A stretch of DNA of 64,000 bases from the human T2T-CHM13v2.0 reference genome, Homo sapiens. The stretch lies in the NCBI RefSeq assembly GCF_009914755.1, contig NC_060944.1, one strand, 5' to 3'. Both the position numbers and the translations under genes were made by a program. This document shows, piece after piece, positions 1 through 15,834 of this stretch. The notes under the pieces were generated by a model, which saw only the letters and a list, made by a program, of their open reading frames with translations, was not told the DNA's origin and did not search any database. How positions within the stretch are numbered: position 1 is the first letter of the stretch; every line of letters begins with the position of its first letter.

Positions 1-1243
1 TAATGCTATTTTGTTCCCCTTGCCTGAACTCTGGCTACACAGGCAGAATTATATTGCTGTTGTGTTCAAACTTCAAATACAATAGTAACTCCAGATGCCA
101 TTTTTGTGTTCTTGTGAACTTGGAGTGGGTAACCAAAAGCAAACAACAAAAACAAACAAAATTGGGACAGGTGAGAGGCAGTGGCATGGAAGGGAGTGTA
201 GGCAGGAAACAAATAATATGATGACTACAGGATACTACATTCTGATGAAGACTTTACACTTATGGATTGAACAACTGTTAGAAAAAGATCAAACATATTA
301 TTTGCACAGGGGTAATGATTATTTTAGAATTACTTCCTGTCAGTGATAAATAGCTTTATTTAAGCAAAATCCAACCTCTTGAAATTGTTCTCCCCTTCAG
401 TGTTATTTTTGTCATTATTTTTTCTTCACTTAAATTACATATAACTGTAAAGCTCTTTGAAAAAGTATATTATCTAAATGCATCTATTTAAATTGAATGG
501 GTATTAAATTTATTAAACATATTTACAAAATATAAGTAAGACATGAATTTAATATGAGTCTGTTGAATTTTTCATTGTAGTTGAATGAATGAATAATATA
601 TTCTAGTCAGCCTTTTCATTTTCTGGTGCTTCTTTTTAGCACCCATAGACTTTCATATATTGTAAACATTTTCTTCTCTATATCTAGTTTTAGAAAATAA
701 AATGTTGGGAACACAGAATTGACTTCTGGAGACTGGGAAGTATATAACTAAAGTAATATGTGTTTGCTTTTTCTAATTTAATTTTGATTGTGGTGTGCTT
801 AATTTATAATCTTTTAAAATGTTTTAATTTTACTCAAATAGATCTGTACATACTTTTTATACTCAATTAACATAATTATTTAGCTATCATACTTCCGTGT
901 GTAAGATTTCTAGAGCATCGCCATAATGTAGCACTTTGGTTTGCAGGAGAGAAATTTTCATGGTACATTATTTACTTGCATTCAAGTGAAAATATTGTTA
1001 ATATTGGTTGCATTTGAAGGATTCTTTCAAAAGTACGTGGTGCTCAAGATGGATTTAAATGGAACATGCAAGAGACAGTAATAACAGAGAGATCACATTC
1101 TCTCTGTAATTTATTTTAATGCCATTACACAGGGAATTCAAGGCAGATAAAAAACTCCATTTACAGAAACCAAATGTGCAGAAATGGATTGTCATAATTC
1201 CAGATGAAATCAATAATACATACTCCCTGGCATATTTTTTATT

Positions 1244-1404
1244 AGAAATAACTTGGAAAAATTTATATTTTCTACTAAGTAAATATATGTTATAAGAAAT
1301 AACTTATATATTAAATAAATAAGTTATAAGAAATACCATATATTAAATAAATAAGTTATAAGAAATAACTTGGAAAAATTTATATTTTATACTAAGTAAA
1401 TATA
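1244..1404. repeat. Complex AT-rich local duplication
   Basis: 44-bp direct repeat (1244-1287 and 1361-1404, 1 mismatch) flanking two ~33-bp units gttataagaaata..atatattaaataaataa. Confidence 0.9.
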
Positions 1405-4400
1405 CAATCATAGCCTTAAGATCTTTTGCAGCATTACTTTCCCCTTGATGAATTACAATGCAATTTTCTAGCCTACTAATTTTATTAAGGAAGCTAATGA
1501 CTGGAGCAAAAGTCTAATCAGCTGCCAATCAGGATTCCTTGAAGTGCAGAGTGTCAAATATTGAAGCAATTTTTACAACTCATAAAAGCACTTATGTTCC
1601 ATGGTATGTCATAAAACTTGTGATGAAAATCTAGCATTGATGAAGCTACCTTATTTCTCAAGTGTTTTTCCCCAAACAAACAGCTTTCAAATTTCACCAA
1701 ATCTTTCATTAATATTCAAGTCTATTAATATAGCACTATTATGTTATCTGTTATAGTATTATATTATCCAACTATAGCAAGATAATTAGTTATATATAAA
1801 CGTCAGTCAGAGAACTTAGTGGATTCATCATAAAAGCTGTAATGGTGGAATTTTTTTTTCCATAGTAAAAAAATTGGTCTTTCTTCTGATAATGTTAGAG
1901 TGGGTTTTTGTTTTTATGTTACAGAAACAATGAGGCTGCACACTTTGCTTTCACCCTTTGCATCATTATGTTTGCATTGTTTATTTTTAACATAATGGTA
2001 CATTGTTTCATGAAAAGTAACCATATTTCAAATCATTAATTCACTTGTCATTTATCATTTTAATACCAGAAAGTAGTTACCTTCCTGTGTTTGAAGGTAC
2101 TGTATAATTGTATTTCTTTACCATGTCGACTTCCTGTCTCTTAAAACGCAGCAATTACGTGTGTGTTTGTGTGTTTCTTCATCTGCTTCATGCATATAAA
2201 TATGTGCGGGTGTCTGGGGTTTTGTTGTTAGCTGAGAGGTGGGAAGTGTTTCCACACATCTGAATATTTGCTGCCGACCTTCTTGATGATCCGTCTGTTA
2301 ATGTTTTTATCAAGCTGGCACACCTCATGTGGGATCTTAATAAAGTAATCAGCATTTTCCCTCTAAAACAAGTTTGAGAAAATCCTAGTTAAACTATTCT
2401 CTTCAACACTTGAAGGCCTTGGTTGTACAGCAAGCAGCTACTAATTCAGGAGGATTTATTTGGCTTTTCCTGAGTTCTCTGAAAAATCTATTTGTGTAAA
2501 AAGAACATACTGCATGATCCCCAGGGCTCCTGGAACTGAAAACTCAAGGATTTAGACGAAGCTACCCAGTTTGTTTAATCATTTGAAGTTTTGTTTCAGC
2601 AGCTCATGCTTTCCTCTTACATTTTGGCAGAGGCAGAAATCTCAGATGATTGTTTTTGGGTACACATGTAAAAATTTTCTCATTAACCTTGGGGGTGGTG
2701 TAATGATAAAAGAGATAACATTTTGTTTCAAAAAAATAATACTAACTGAGCACATATTTCAATGCATTGCAAATCTGAAGGAATTGTCATGGCTAACACC
2801 ATCTCAGTCTCAGTATTTGTGCCCCAGTTTTTTTTCAGGTCAAGAATGTAGGGAAACACTGTACTAAGTTCTCATTGGATCCCTTGATGCCTCATAAGAC
2901 ACCCAGACCCCTAGCTCTCAATTTCATTTCTAAATGTACCCCAGCTACTAGAATCTCTCTCACAATGATGACAAACATCCTCTTTAATAGGACAGATAAA
3001 TATTCCTGTCACTCTTGACTGAGAGACAATACTCCAGGTCTAGGGGACATGATCTGCAAGGAACTTCCCATGATTCAGGCACCACTATTCCTGTTCATTT
3101 TTTTTCCATTGTCCCGGGATTTACAGCTTTCAGGAGTACCTTCATGTTACTCTTCTCATAAGAGGGCAACACCATATTTTTCTCACTGAATCAGAAGACC
3201 CAACACCACCTCTTTCCCCAGAGCACTGCCATTTGCATCCTATCCAGCTAGGTAGGGCAAAAGTGTCTTTCATTAGACTAAGGACCTCCACAGGCAGTGC
3301 TTAATTTTCATTTACCTTTGCCTCCATAGTGCCTTATATGTAGTGCCTAAATACGGATGGTGGGTGACTGCTTAGAGTAATAATAGCTAATATTTTTGTG
3401 ACATTAGAAATGGACACAGTGGTAATACAGGTCAGGATTATAACTCAAAATCTTGGCAATGTGATGTTTATTGGAACAAAGGAACCTAAAGATCAGAATG
3501 CTTTCTCTATGTAAGATGACTAGGCCTGTAAAGTAGAGTGGGTCACTATTCTACAGAAACACAGATATCAATATTTACATTACAAATAAGATATATTAGG
3601 CCATTCATACAATTTACAAAATGGTTCATTATAGGACTCACTAACTGAAAGTACCCAGGTGACATTGAACGTCCAGTTTATTTTCAATATAATCTTCCTG
3701 AAATCTCTGTATTAATTTGGAAAAAGTCAACAAAGTAAACCATTCTTAATGTAACAACTGGATTTAAACTAGGGAGGATCAAAATGTTTAGGTAACAGAA
3801 ACTAGCAGTCCAATGTGGATCTTTCTACTTTCTCTCTTTTTGCCTTTGCCTTTGTCTACGTCTACTTTCTCTCCTTTGCCTCTTCTTTGTTTATTTAAAC
3901 ATATATATATATATATCTATCTATCTCACATACTCAGAGGTTTATTGCTTAGTTTTGTTTTTTATAAAAATGGAGTCATACTATACACACTACTCTGCAA
4001 CTTATTTAAGAGTATACTATGAATATTCAGTTGGGTCTTATTAAAGATCTAACATCCTTTTTAATTGCTGCTTAATATTTTGTACTTTATACCATTATGT
4101 ATTTAACCAAGAATGTCTTTATTAAATAATATAATCTTCACCTATGCCAGTTAATCTGTTATTCTTAGTGATTTAAGCTCCTTTCTCTCATCTGGAAAAT
4201 ACAGCAATAAATAGGTAAAATCCACAGTTTCTCCTTCAAGTGCTACGTGCAATAGGCCCATGAGGTAACCCCTGAAATTCATGTTTTCTTGGAAGTAATC
4301 AGCAGACCTGGAGTCCTGTGTATGTTTGTGAACTCCAGAGGTCCACACTCCTTCACTTCACACTCAGTGTCCTCCATACTTAGGGCTTCTACCCCCCTGC

Positions 4401-7400
4401 CCAGTTTTGTTAAAGAAATTACTCCTTGGGACATGGACAAAATAAAAGAAATAGCCATTTGTGTTTCTGTATCCAACACTTCTTTGTCCTGTCATGGGTT
4501 CAGTTAGTTCTACCATGAAGTATGGACTGTCTGGTAAGAGGAAAGAGTTTTAGAGATTAATGAGGGTAGCACTAGTGAAACTAGTCTCAAAGATGGCATA
4601 GTCAATTTCCTCAGATATAGACCAATACTGATATCTAAAAAGTTTATTCTTATGGGTAGGGATGTCTGGATGATAGCAATTTAAGTCTTCAAGGGAGAGC
4701 ATCTCCGTTGCTTATAGGAACAATCATCTGGACTAAGTCATGACCACAGTTCTAACAGGGAAAGTAAGCAAGATCCAGCTCCCGAAGAGGAGTTTGCATT
4801 GGCTGCAAAGGGGATCCAAGACCTTAGCTCAGTGAGCCAAGCTTCAGGGAAGGACTGCAGTTCCCTTAGGGACATAGAATGCTAACAAAGAACTGGTTTT
4901 GGAGCTTGGTCATGGGGCTGGCCATACATGTTGGGGGCTGGCATGTTTATATGACAAGGTATTTAGGCTTTCCACACCTAAATATTCAGCTATATCTCTG
5001 TAAGTGCATAGATCCCTAAAGAGTTTGCCCTGGGTACATTGTGCTGGTTGTCAGATAAGAATACCGAGGCTAATACCAGGGCCCTCCCTTTGTTAGAACT
5101 CTACATCTAATAAACACCCAGGCTTGGTTCTCATTGAGTCACAGGCTGGGTGGGGCTGAGCCTACAGGTTGAATATTCTCAGTTCTTGACTCTGGATCCA
5201 GGTGGAGTATGCATAGACTGATAACAACTTGTTTTTGCAGTAAGTCTGAAGATTAAAGCCCTTAGTTGAGCCAATACCTTCCTTCTCAGATAAGTCAAAT
5301 CCACATATTCAGAATGGGAGCAGGAGGCAGAAGGGAAAATTTTGTAACCTCTTAACAGTTCTAGACTTAACACATCCTACTATCAATCTGAGTGGATTTG
5401 TTCCAGATGCTTGCATGGCTGAGATATGCAAAAAACTGTCTCCCCATGCTGATTGGTAGCATCTTTACATGGGCAAGTCTTCCTACTTGTAAAGAATGAG
5501 TTAGGTGTGTCTGGGACTTACTAAGGAGTCTCAGGTGTTGACAGCTTAAACACCTTGCCATGTAAATATGTCTGATCTCTCTTCCAGTTCTTACACAGTT
5601 GGCTGTGGTTACTGACTTCTTATTTTGTTCAGGTCTAAATGAAATTGATCTTGATCTATTACTTTACCCTAGGCTGGAGAAACAACTTTAGTAATTATCT
5701 CCTCACCCCTACTTCCCTTTTGAGCTTTGTAAAAATGATTAAGGAGATCAGAATATATGGCATAAATTATCAATGGTTCTTCTCCATTGGAGGTTAGAGT
5801 TCCACTGTCAAAAATTAGTAATTATCATTCTTCTTACAAGTTTAAGACTCAAATGGAACTGACTTTTTCAGCCTATTTGTTGTCTATGGTAAACTAACAG
5901 CAAACAGCTGGATGTTCTTCTGTGGTTACATAACCTTAATGGAGATTAGTTCCTTTTATCCTTCTATACTGCTTCCCTACCAAATGATTAGATTTTTTGA
6001 GGGGCAGATATAAACCCCTTCCATTGTTTAAAAAACATTGTTAATAACCCTTCGCACTACACACCAAAGTGCAGCCTTTAATATAGTTGCCAGAAGCAGT
6101 TCTGAGTGAAACACTGAAATGAAAAGTAAACTCATGTCATTTGGTCTATGATAAGCATTCACAGTTTGAAAAACCCCAAACAGGGATAGTTAAGTTGCAA
6201 GCACTATTTCCAGAATGAGAGTTGAAAATTATATACATAATGTGGAAACAATAGATCAATGAAAGGGAGTATAGAACAAAAGAGAGAAGAATTTCCATAG
6301 CCACTCCATAGAATATTAGGTCTATAGAATGTCAAGAGGGGTTATGTCCAAAACAGGGTTCTAGGATCAGATAAGTTTGGAAGGTACAGAATTAAATGTC
6401 ATTAAATAGATTTACTTCTTGCAGTATTACTCATTATGCACTGTGAATTTCCAAGACAGGGACAGCGTATGCTGCATTTCCCAAACTTGTATGGTCTGAT
6501 GAATCCACCGAAGACAGTGCTTTTATAGGGGGACGTCATGATGCCAAAGAGAAAAGAGCTTAAGAAAGGAGTTCAACAGGTCAAGAAGATTAGTGCATAG
6601 GAACTTACAGAGGGGAAATTGGTGCCTCCACAGCATTAGTTAGAACTAGACCCTGATATAATAGGGGACCAGAAGAAAGGAGGGCATGAGGAAGAGAGGA
6701 CTGGGCTGCACATCCTGGCTTTGACTGGAACATATTTCCCAAATCCTTGGTGATCAAAGCCAAAGTAAATACAACCAAGGTTATATAGGAGTAATAAGTG
6801 ATGGAGGTAGGGAGTCAGCTGGATGAGGCAGAGACTGGAAATCCTTGTTTTGACCTCAAGCCTCAATCCTGAACCATATTGCTATATTGAAATATAGTCA
6901 AGAAATGAATGTATCATGCATAGTGGCATGTCAGGAAGTTCAAGTGTGAGAAAGCCACTTTGTTATAGGCCCAATTCCTGGAGGAGGATATATGCCTCTC
7001 CAGATCCATTTGGCTTCACTTGTCTCCACAGCTGTGGCAATCAGTTCTGCATGGACTCCAACTATCTTCCTGTGGGGACTGCCGACCAGTGTCTCATCAA
7101 ATCCCATTCCCACTGCGGATTTCTGTGTTGGTGCTACCTGGGGAACTCAGGCTGAGGCAGTGTCTCACCTAGGTAGCAGCCTCTGTTTCTTGTTTATTTA
7201 GAGAGTAATTATGAATTCATAAACTTTCATATTATTACAAATCTTACTGGAGTATCTAGTAGGGGCTTAGTTATATGCTAAACAGTTGTAGTTTGAAAAG
7301 CCATAATAACTCTGGTTATTTGACAGATATCAAGGCAGGGCAAAGAGATACCCAACTAGGGTAGGTCATCCCATCAATATTTTGGAAACATATGATTGCC

Positions 7401-8209
7401 TCACATTTTATATCCTTATCATTGTTTTCTTTTAATTATTTTACATATAAGTTTAGACAGTTGACTGTTGGGAATTCCTATTCAGAGATTTATCTTTTAA
7501 CCCCAAATGATTAACCTGTAAGCTGTGACTTTCAGTGTTCTGGTATTAACAATAATTTTACACATTTCAAAATTATAGTGGAAAGTAATTTTACCATAAT
7601 ATTTTATCTCATATAACAAGAGCATGGTATTTCTTTTGTCGAACTGCAGCTTTTGTAGATACCATACACATTATTAATTTCAAACATATCATTTATTCCA
7701 CTAGAATTCCATTTTTTCTTACCTAATTTATTTCCCTTTTTAATACTGAGAAAAACAGTATGAGATTGACTATTGAATTTAATAAGATAGTAACTTAACA
7801 CAATAACTAAAAACATTGGAAGTTTAAAAACAACAGTTTTTTCCTAAACCTGACTCGAAAACCATTGACATTTTAGCAAACAGATGGGTTTTATGTACCA
7901 CATAATGAGGTCCTGGGCTCACTCAAGACCACCAGGTTGAAGGAATTCTAAAGCTGGAGATCTTTTAAAGATGGCAAAATGACTATGAGATTATCTAAAT
8001 ATATAATTAAGGAAAATAGATCTTTTCTGTTTGTCCTTGGTAAAGTCCTCAAGGTTGCATATGACCTTCCATTAATTTTCTTCAGTCCCAATAGGTGTTT
8101 ATTTTGCCACTGGGAAAGAATTAGGATTTAGGTAATGTCTTTGCCTCACACTTAGGCTTCCTAACATGTTATAATGCACTCTATGTTCATTTCTTGCCTG
8201 TGTTGCAGT

Positions 8210-8934
<725 letters not shown>

Positions 8935-8974
8935 TACTATAAACCTTAAATGATATAACGTGTTACAGCAGACT

Positions 8975-9350
8975 GTGTTAAGAGACCTCATTTGTACACC
9001 TCAGGTGTTCTTTACTGAGAACACTTCCTATTCCTTGCCTTTATTCTGGCTGCAGGAGCATGGTTGGCTCATTCCAAGGCAAACTGGAAGTCTACAAAAG
9101 TAATGCCTCAAAAAGCAGTCCCCTATTTAGAATACCTCTGAGGCATGTTTTACACGTTTTCCAGAGTTCCCCAGCAGAACTGATGTCCAGTCGCCCATAG
9201 AAGTTGCTTGCTTGACAGTACCTCTTTCCCTTTCTTTCCTGACCGCATTTCTTTGTCCCCTTCTAGTAGGTTTCCTGGGATCTCTTTTCAAATAAATTAC
9301 TTGTACCCCAATTTTTGTCTCACAGTCTACTTCTAAGGGAAAAATAAGGT
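8975..9350 (+). mobile_element. LTR16-family (ERVL) LTR relic
   Basis: 3' end tcctgggatctcttttcaaataaattacttgtaccccaatttttgtctcacagtctacttct resembles the LTR16 consensus end. Confidence 0.6.
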
Positions 9351-9543
9351 GTGAAAAGCACTTAGTATTGTGTCTGGCACATAATATATTATAATAATTA
9401 TTAATTTCAGAAACATATTTAATTCGTTCTTTTTTAGAAAAAGAAACCAAAAGTGCTATATTTTTGTAAACCACTCTCATGGTAGCCACATCAGTTACAG
9501 TTATTTTTCATTTTCTCTTATTGTTTTTAAGAAATCATTCTTT

Positions 9544-9911
<368 letters not shown>

Positions 9912-10596
9912 TTACATGCACTAATTTTTCTGCCTTTTAAAATACAATTTTCTGACACCTATTTTGGTCTGGCAGTTCATCTGAAAAATAAAAGCAGAAT
10001 TTTAAATGTGTAGGTAAGAAAGATTCTATTAGTTTCCGACAGCACTGTAGAAAAACAAGAGCTCTCTATTTCACTAAAAGCGCTCAGTTCCCCCTTTTTA
10101 GCAAACACTGAACATTGATAGTGTGTTATGATAAATTAACTACAATACCTTTGGAGGTCAAGTGTCTCAGAAAAAAGCAACAGTAACATCTTAGGCAAAA
10201 TGGAAAGCATTAGATTCACACCTGTAACTCATTAATTTTAACCAAGAGTTAGATTTCACAGAAAGCAATTACTAGGATGGATTGAGTTCTTTCATACACA
10301 GGGTTGTTTTTTTTTTAATTGTAAGACTGTTAAATATTTTCTCTGACTATAGTTGCCCTCAGCAATATCCAGAACTAGTGGCTATGGATTACTTCATTGT
10401 TTCTTTCTTTGGTAACTGAGAAAGGTTTAACTATTTATTACAACGTTTAAAAAGTTAGATTAGAAGAAAGGATGCTTCCATCTATTTCATCTTTGTATTC
10501 TAAAAGAGTGTAGCTCTACTGTCAGTGGAATAACAGTGTGATAAATGCACTAATTACATCTGCCATACAAAGCTTATATATAAATCCAAAGTGGAC

Positions 10597-10598
<2 letters not shown>

Positions 10599-10646
<48 letters not shown>
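10599..10646 (+). repeat. (TG)24 microsatellite
   Basis: Direct reading. Confidence 0.98.
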
Positions 10647-10650
<4 letters not shown>

Positions 10651-13600
10651 GAGGGTGTGCTTGTGTGTGTTCCTGTCTGAGTTTTGCTTCTGTGGTTGTT
10701 CATTTGTTAACAGTTATCTGTTTACAAGCTCTTTAAAGATGAATAACTTAGTTATTCAAACATGATAAAATCGTGTTTGGTCGGGTCTTGGTGTTAAAAT
10801 TTACCTGACCTGACTCTTCTCAAATGTCTCTCTTTACAAATTCCAGTAACTTTATTGCTAAGCTATAAGAGGAATTTTTTAGCTTATTTTTGCTTTGAGT
10901 CTGTTTTTAACTTTCTACAAATAATTTAATATCCCTTCTCTTTGCCTTTTCTTAATGAAGCAGCATTTCTATGTGTCTCCTTTCAGGGATGTATGTAAAT
11001 GTAGCTATATTGTTGATAGATTAACATAATAATCAAATAGAAATTAACTTCCTGTGATTCATCAGTAAAACTCTATGGACCTACTTTTACTCAAAATTGT
11101 TGCTGTCAAGCATTTCAGGTATGAGTTAATTGGCTTTCTAGAAAATGATAGAGGCTATCCTAAATCTCAAAGCTCAATGATATCTTTTTATTTTCTGAGA
11201 TGCCATTTGTCACCATAGCTTATTATACATGGGCTGATTCTCACTCCCTGGAAATAGAAATGAAGAAAGGAGCTGTAGGGTCCCCTGCCGCCTTCTATAA
11301 ATGAGCAAATCAAGGACCAGAATATCTGTGGGACTCCTCCAGAAGCTCTTACAGTTACTTACAAAGCTAAGTAAGAGCAAAGGCTGGAAGTAGAACCCAC
11401 TTTTCCCATAGCCAATCCATTTCTCTTTTCTACCAGGTGTCTTGTGGCATTTCCCCAGGGGACTACATCTTATCTGCTGTAGTAGAATCATGAAGGTCAT
11501 GAAATACTGGAGCTACAAGAGATTTCGGAGGTCTGCTCCCCCCCACCCATTTTATACTTCAGAGGAAGAAACTGAGTACAGAGAGTTGGGTTAACTAAGA
11601 AATTCATATAGCCAATTGGCGATCTCCTTATAGCCATTCTAACTTTAAAAAGGTGGGGATTAAACCTGCTTTCAAAGCACAACCTGAACTGTTCCCTCAT
11701 CCAAGCTTAAGAGAGAATCCATGACACCATATAAAACAGCTCTTTATTTCCACTGGCAACAATGGATGTATCCTAGTTCATTTGAACATTTTCCTCTCTC
11801 TATGATATAGGTTAGCTGGTTTATTTCTATATCCTTGCCAAAACTGGCAGTGCATATAGGCTGAACCATGCTTGTGGAGAAAACACTATTCATATTTCAT
11901 TATATTACCTTCAGCAGCCCTTTACTGGCATTATGACTAAAACGCGTGTCTCCGAGTTGTTGCTGGAGAAATGGCCGGCCAGTGAATTTCGCGTCAGACC
12001 AGTGACTATTCCAGTTGATATGAAAGATGTCATTACTCTGGGGGTTATATTGTGGTCATCAGGATATTTTCTAGTACTCCTGGTTCAGAATTTTGGAGTA
12101 TTCATCTTGAAAATTGATGTCTGTCCTCTATTTTGGGGGGAGATTTTCTGTGTGCTGTCTTGGCTTTCTTTGTTTCCTAGGCTATAGGTAAGAGTTAAGA
12201 CGTACATGAGTGTCTTCTAGTTAATAAACCTCACTGCCTTCTCACATGGCTGCTGTACATACCTGTCATAACATGTATGTGATATACTCTCTCCCACACA
12301 TACCTATGCACACACAGACTCACACACTCTCACAAGAAGGGAAATACATACCATTCTTGCCATAATGTTATTTCATACATTTGTGCTTTATTTAACATTT
12401 TTCAATGCATTAGTATTATGAACTCTTAAATTAATGTACCAAAGGGCATTTACATAACTTTGAATATGTTGATTCAAAATCATTACAAAATATAATCTAA
12501 TAAGTTACAGAGCCTCATTCAATGATTCCAGTTAGCATCCGCTTCTAAGCGTGCTATTACTTATTCATTAGTAGAAGCCCTTTAATTTTATATTCTGCTC
12601 CTGGCAGTTGTGGCTTATTTGGTACTTGTTACAGCCACTTTAGACAAGTAAATAAAAATCAGATGAAAAATCCTCAGCAACAGCTGGAAATAAACCAGTA
12701 GTTTCTGTTTGGGTTTGGCAGAGTGAAGCACTGCAGGGCTATGCATGGAAAAATACCAGCCAGAACTGTTACACACTGTGAGAAAAGATTACATATCTCT
12801 AGGGTTTTGGCCTTCTAATTACTAGGGGGTTTCTTTGTCCATGAAGAGTGCCACCTGCGTGGTTGGGCAACAATATAAAATAATTAAATCATTATCACAA
12901 GGGTAATAGTATACGTCTTTCTGGTTTAGCTGTGATAAGAAAACCTTAAACCTGAAATACATTAAACAGTGTAGAACATATGAAAAGCCTCTTTGAGAGG
13001 CTTATTCTTGTTGTTATTTAAAATTTTCCTTCACTAATGTTTAGTTCAAATACATGATAATTCTAGGGAATTACCCGTCTTTATCAGACCACCCAAGGAA
13101 GGAAGATGCTCTGCCAATAAGTAAAGCCATTGGCCTGTAAGAACTTGCTTCTGACTTCTAAGTCACACTCATTTTGATAAGCAGATGTCTTCTAAAATGA
13201 CTGTGTGGCTTAGCATACTGAGCTGTTTTTCTTTCCTTTTCCAAGACAGTATGGACATAGTTAAAAAAAAAAAAAAAAGACGAAAGATTGTTAAGTACCT
13301 GATAATTTCAATAACATATTTGTAGTAACTGCATTGCAGTTAAGCCTTATTTAAAGTAAATTATCTATTTTGCATCCTTTTTTTTCAATAAACAGTTTCA
13401 CTTCTAAGATGATGAGGGAAAAAAGATGATTAAGGTTTAGCAATCTTGTTGCAAGCTTATTTAAAATTAGTTGTTTAATTATCTACTTCAGATATTATTT
13501 TGCCAACTGGTTATGTTCATGCCCTGATTAATTATTCTTTTCTTCCAAGTTATACTCATTTTGGAAAAATCAGGTTTAGCCATAGCATGTGAAGCCCTTA

Positions 13601-13849
13601 AAATTGTCTGGAGACAGATATCTTGATCTCAGAAACTTAAATTATCTTAATACTTTCTGGAGTAAGACCAGGAATGGAAGAAGAAGAGAGAAATATTTCT
13701 TTATTTTTCCTAATTTTATTTCTTCTTTCAGCAGAGGAACTGTACTCTTAAAATTAGAGGGTCAGAGCCCTTGCTCTGCTGCTGAATTTATCTCTTACTT
13801 GAGGAATTAGGCACAATCTAAACCCAGTACTATTTATTTCTCCCTTTAG

Positions 13850-14201
<352 letters not shown>

Positions 14202-14230
14202 TCAAATCTACATTTTAAAAATATTTTAAA

Positions 14231-14420
14231 ATAGCGATTTTCAAACATTAATATGATCAGAATCACCTGCAGGGCTTGCCAAACTCTAGACTGTTGGATT
14301 CCACCTCTAGAGTTTCTGATTCGGTAGGTCTGGGATGGATCTCCCAAATTTGCTTTCTAAAAAGTTCCCAAGAGATGCGGTTGTTGCTAGTTCCTGAGAT
14401 CACACTGTGGGGACCAAAGC
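14231..14420. mobile_element. MER5A (hAT-Charlie)
   Basis: atcagaatcacctgcagggcttg...agagtttctgattcggtaggtctggg...aagttcccaag. Confidence 0.8.
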
Positions 14421-15834
14421 CTTACAATAACTAGCCTTTTTCATGAGAGAATGGTAAGGAAATATACCACATATCAAGAGAAGTTATCTCTTGGGTTATC
14501 GGAATGTTAGTAATTTTGTACTTACCCTTTTTTCCTCTATTCTCCATATGTCCTACAAGTTATGTATAATACATATATGATTAGAAAAAATAATGAATGT
14601 TTTTGGAAGAACACTTGTTGAACTAGAAATTCATTAATCTCTATTCATTCTTCCCTTCTGATGTCTTGTAGCAATATAATAATGTCAGTTCTCCTCACCT
14701 GCTGGGGACAGACACTCCTTTCGATGTCTTTTGAGGGAGCTTTCACTCAGCAACCACCAGACAGTTGCTTGGTTCCTTTTAGAGTGCTGTCTTTATTGTG
14801 CCAGAATTTAGTACAAGAGGTGCTGGCTCTCCAAGATGAGCAAATCCCTTAATTGTATTTCAAAAATTCTCCCCAGTTTTTTTTCTCTCTACCCTCCTCA
14901 GGTTACAATGCTAAAAGTTCTGTGTGGGCCTAAACACTAGTGGGAAAAAGCGCCTGGTGAACAAATGCTGGGTGGCATGCCCACTCAGACATAAAGAAGT
15001 TCTGCTCACCCTTTTGGGAGTGTACTCATTTTTGAGAAATTTGCCTCACTTAGAGCTCCTTAAAATAAATCAAACAAAATTATATATAAAATATATGCTT
15101 TCACAATTTCAGCCATTTCTTTTGGTGTTTCTCTTCTAATAACCTTCTAAACGTTGTTGCTTTATGTTTTTATCTCAGATTTTTGAAAACAAACTAAATA
15201 TAGCACCCTAAAAAACCTTTCAAATATTTTGGATTCTTTTATTTATGACTCTTACAAGCATGTGAGGGGGCTTGTTTAGAGAGAATAAAGGTTATAACCT
15301 GGTCTGTCTGTTGAGACAGTGATTTTAATCACATTTAATTCCCATTCACTCTGTATGTTACTTGATCCACTCATTGGTTTAAAAGCATATTGATAAATAC
15401 AGCCATGGCTTAGCCTCTTGCCCTTCATCCCGTCTAGAGTTGCATCCAGGCTTAAGTGAGTTTGCCACATTTAGATGTCATACTTTGTTACTGATGAGAT
15501 CCTTGCTAGATAGTGGAGCCTATGTTTTTCTAGAGAAAAGTCCATATTCCATTATAAAGATAAATAAATAATTTGTTTCAGAAGGCTTTCAAGATGTTGG
15601 CTTATAGTCAAACTATAAGTAACAGCTTGAAAAACCTCAGTGCTTCTCACATACATGTTAATGGCTGTTCTCCTTCATAAATACTTTGAAGTGTTTCAGT
15701 AAATATTTTCCTAAAGAACTTTAACTTATTTGCTAACTTATTGAGTATCAAAATGTATGTTGTATATGACACTATGCTAGGCATATATATACAATATTAT
15801 CCATAATTTTTCTAAATTTTTTTGCAAATCAGAT

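Noticed and set aside
218-245. C/D box snoRNA (atgatga...ctga)
   Set aside because: The boxes are under 20 nt apart, too short for a snoRNA, and there is no convincing terminal stem.
12847-12866. CTCF site (reverse complement ccacgcaggtggcact)
   Set aside because: The right half matches but the conserved CC-R-S positions are out of register; it cannot be supported without ChIP data.
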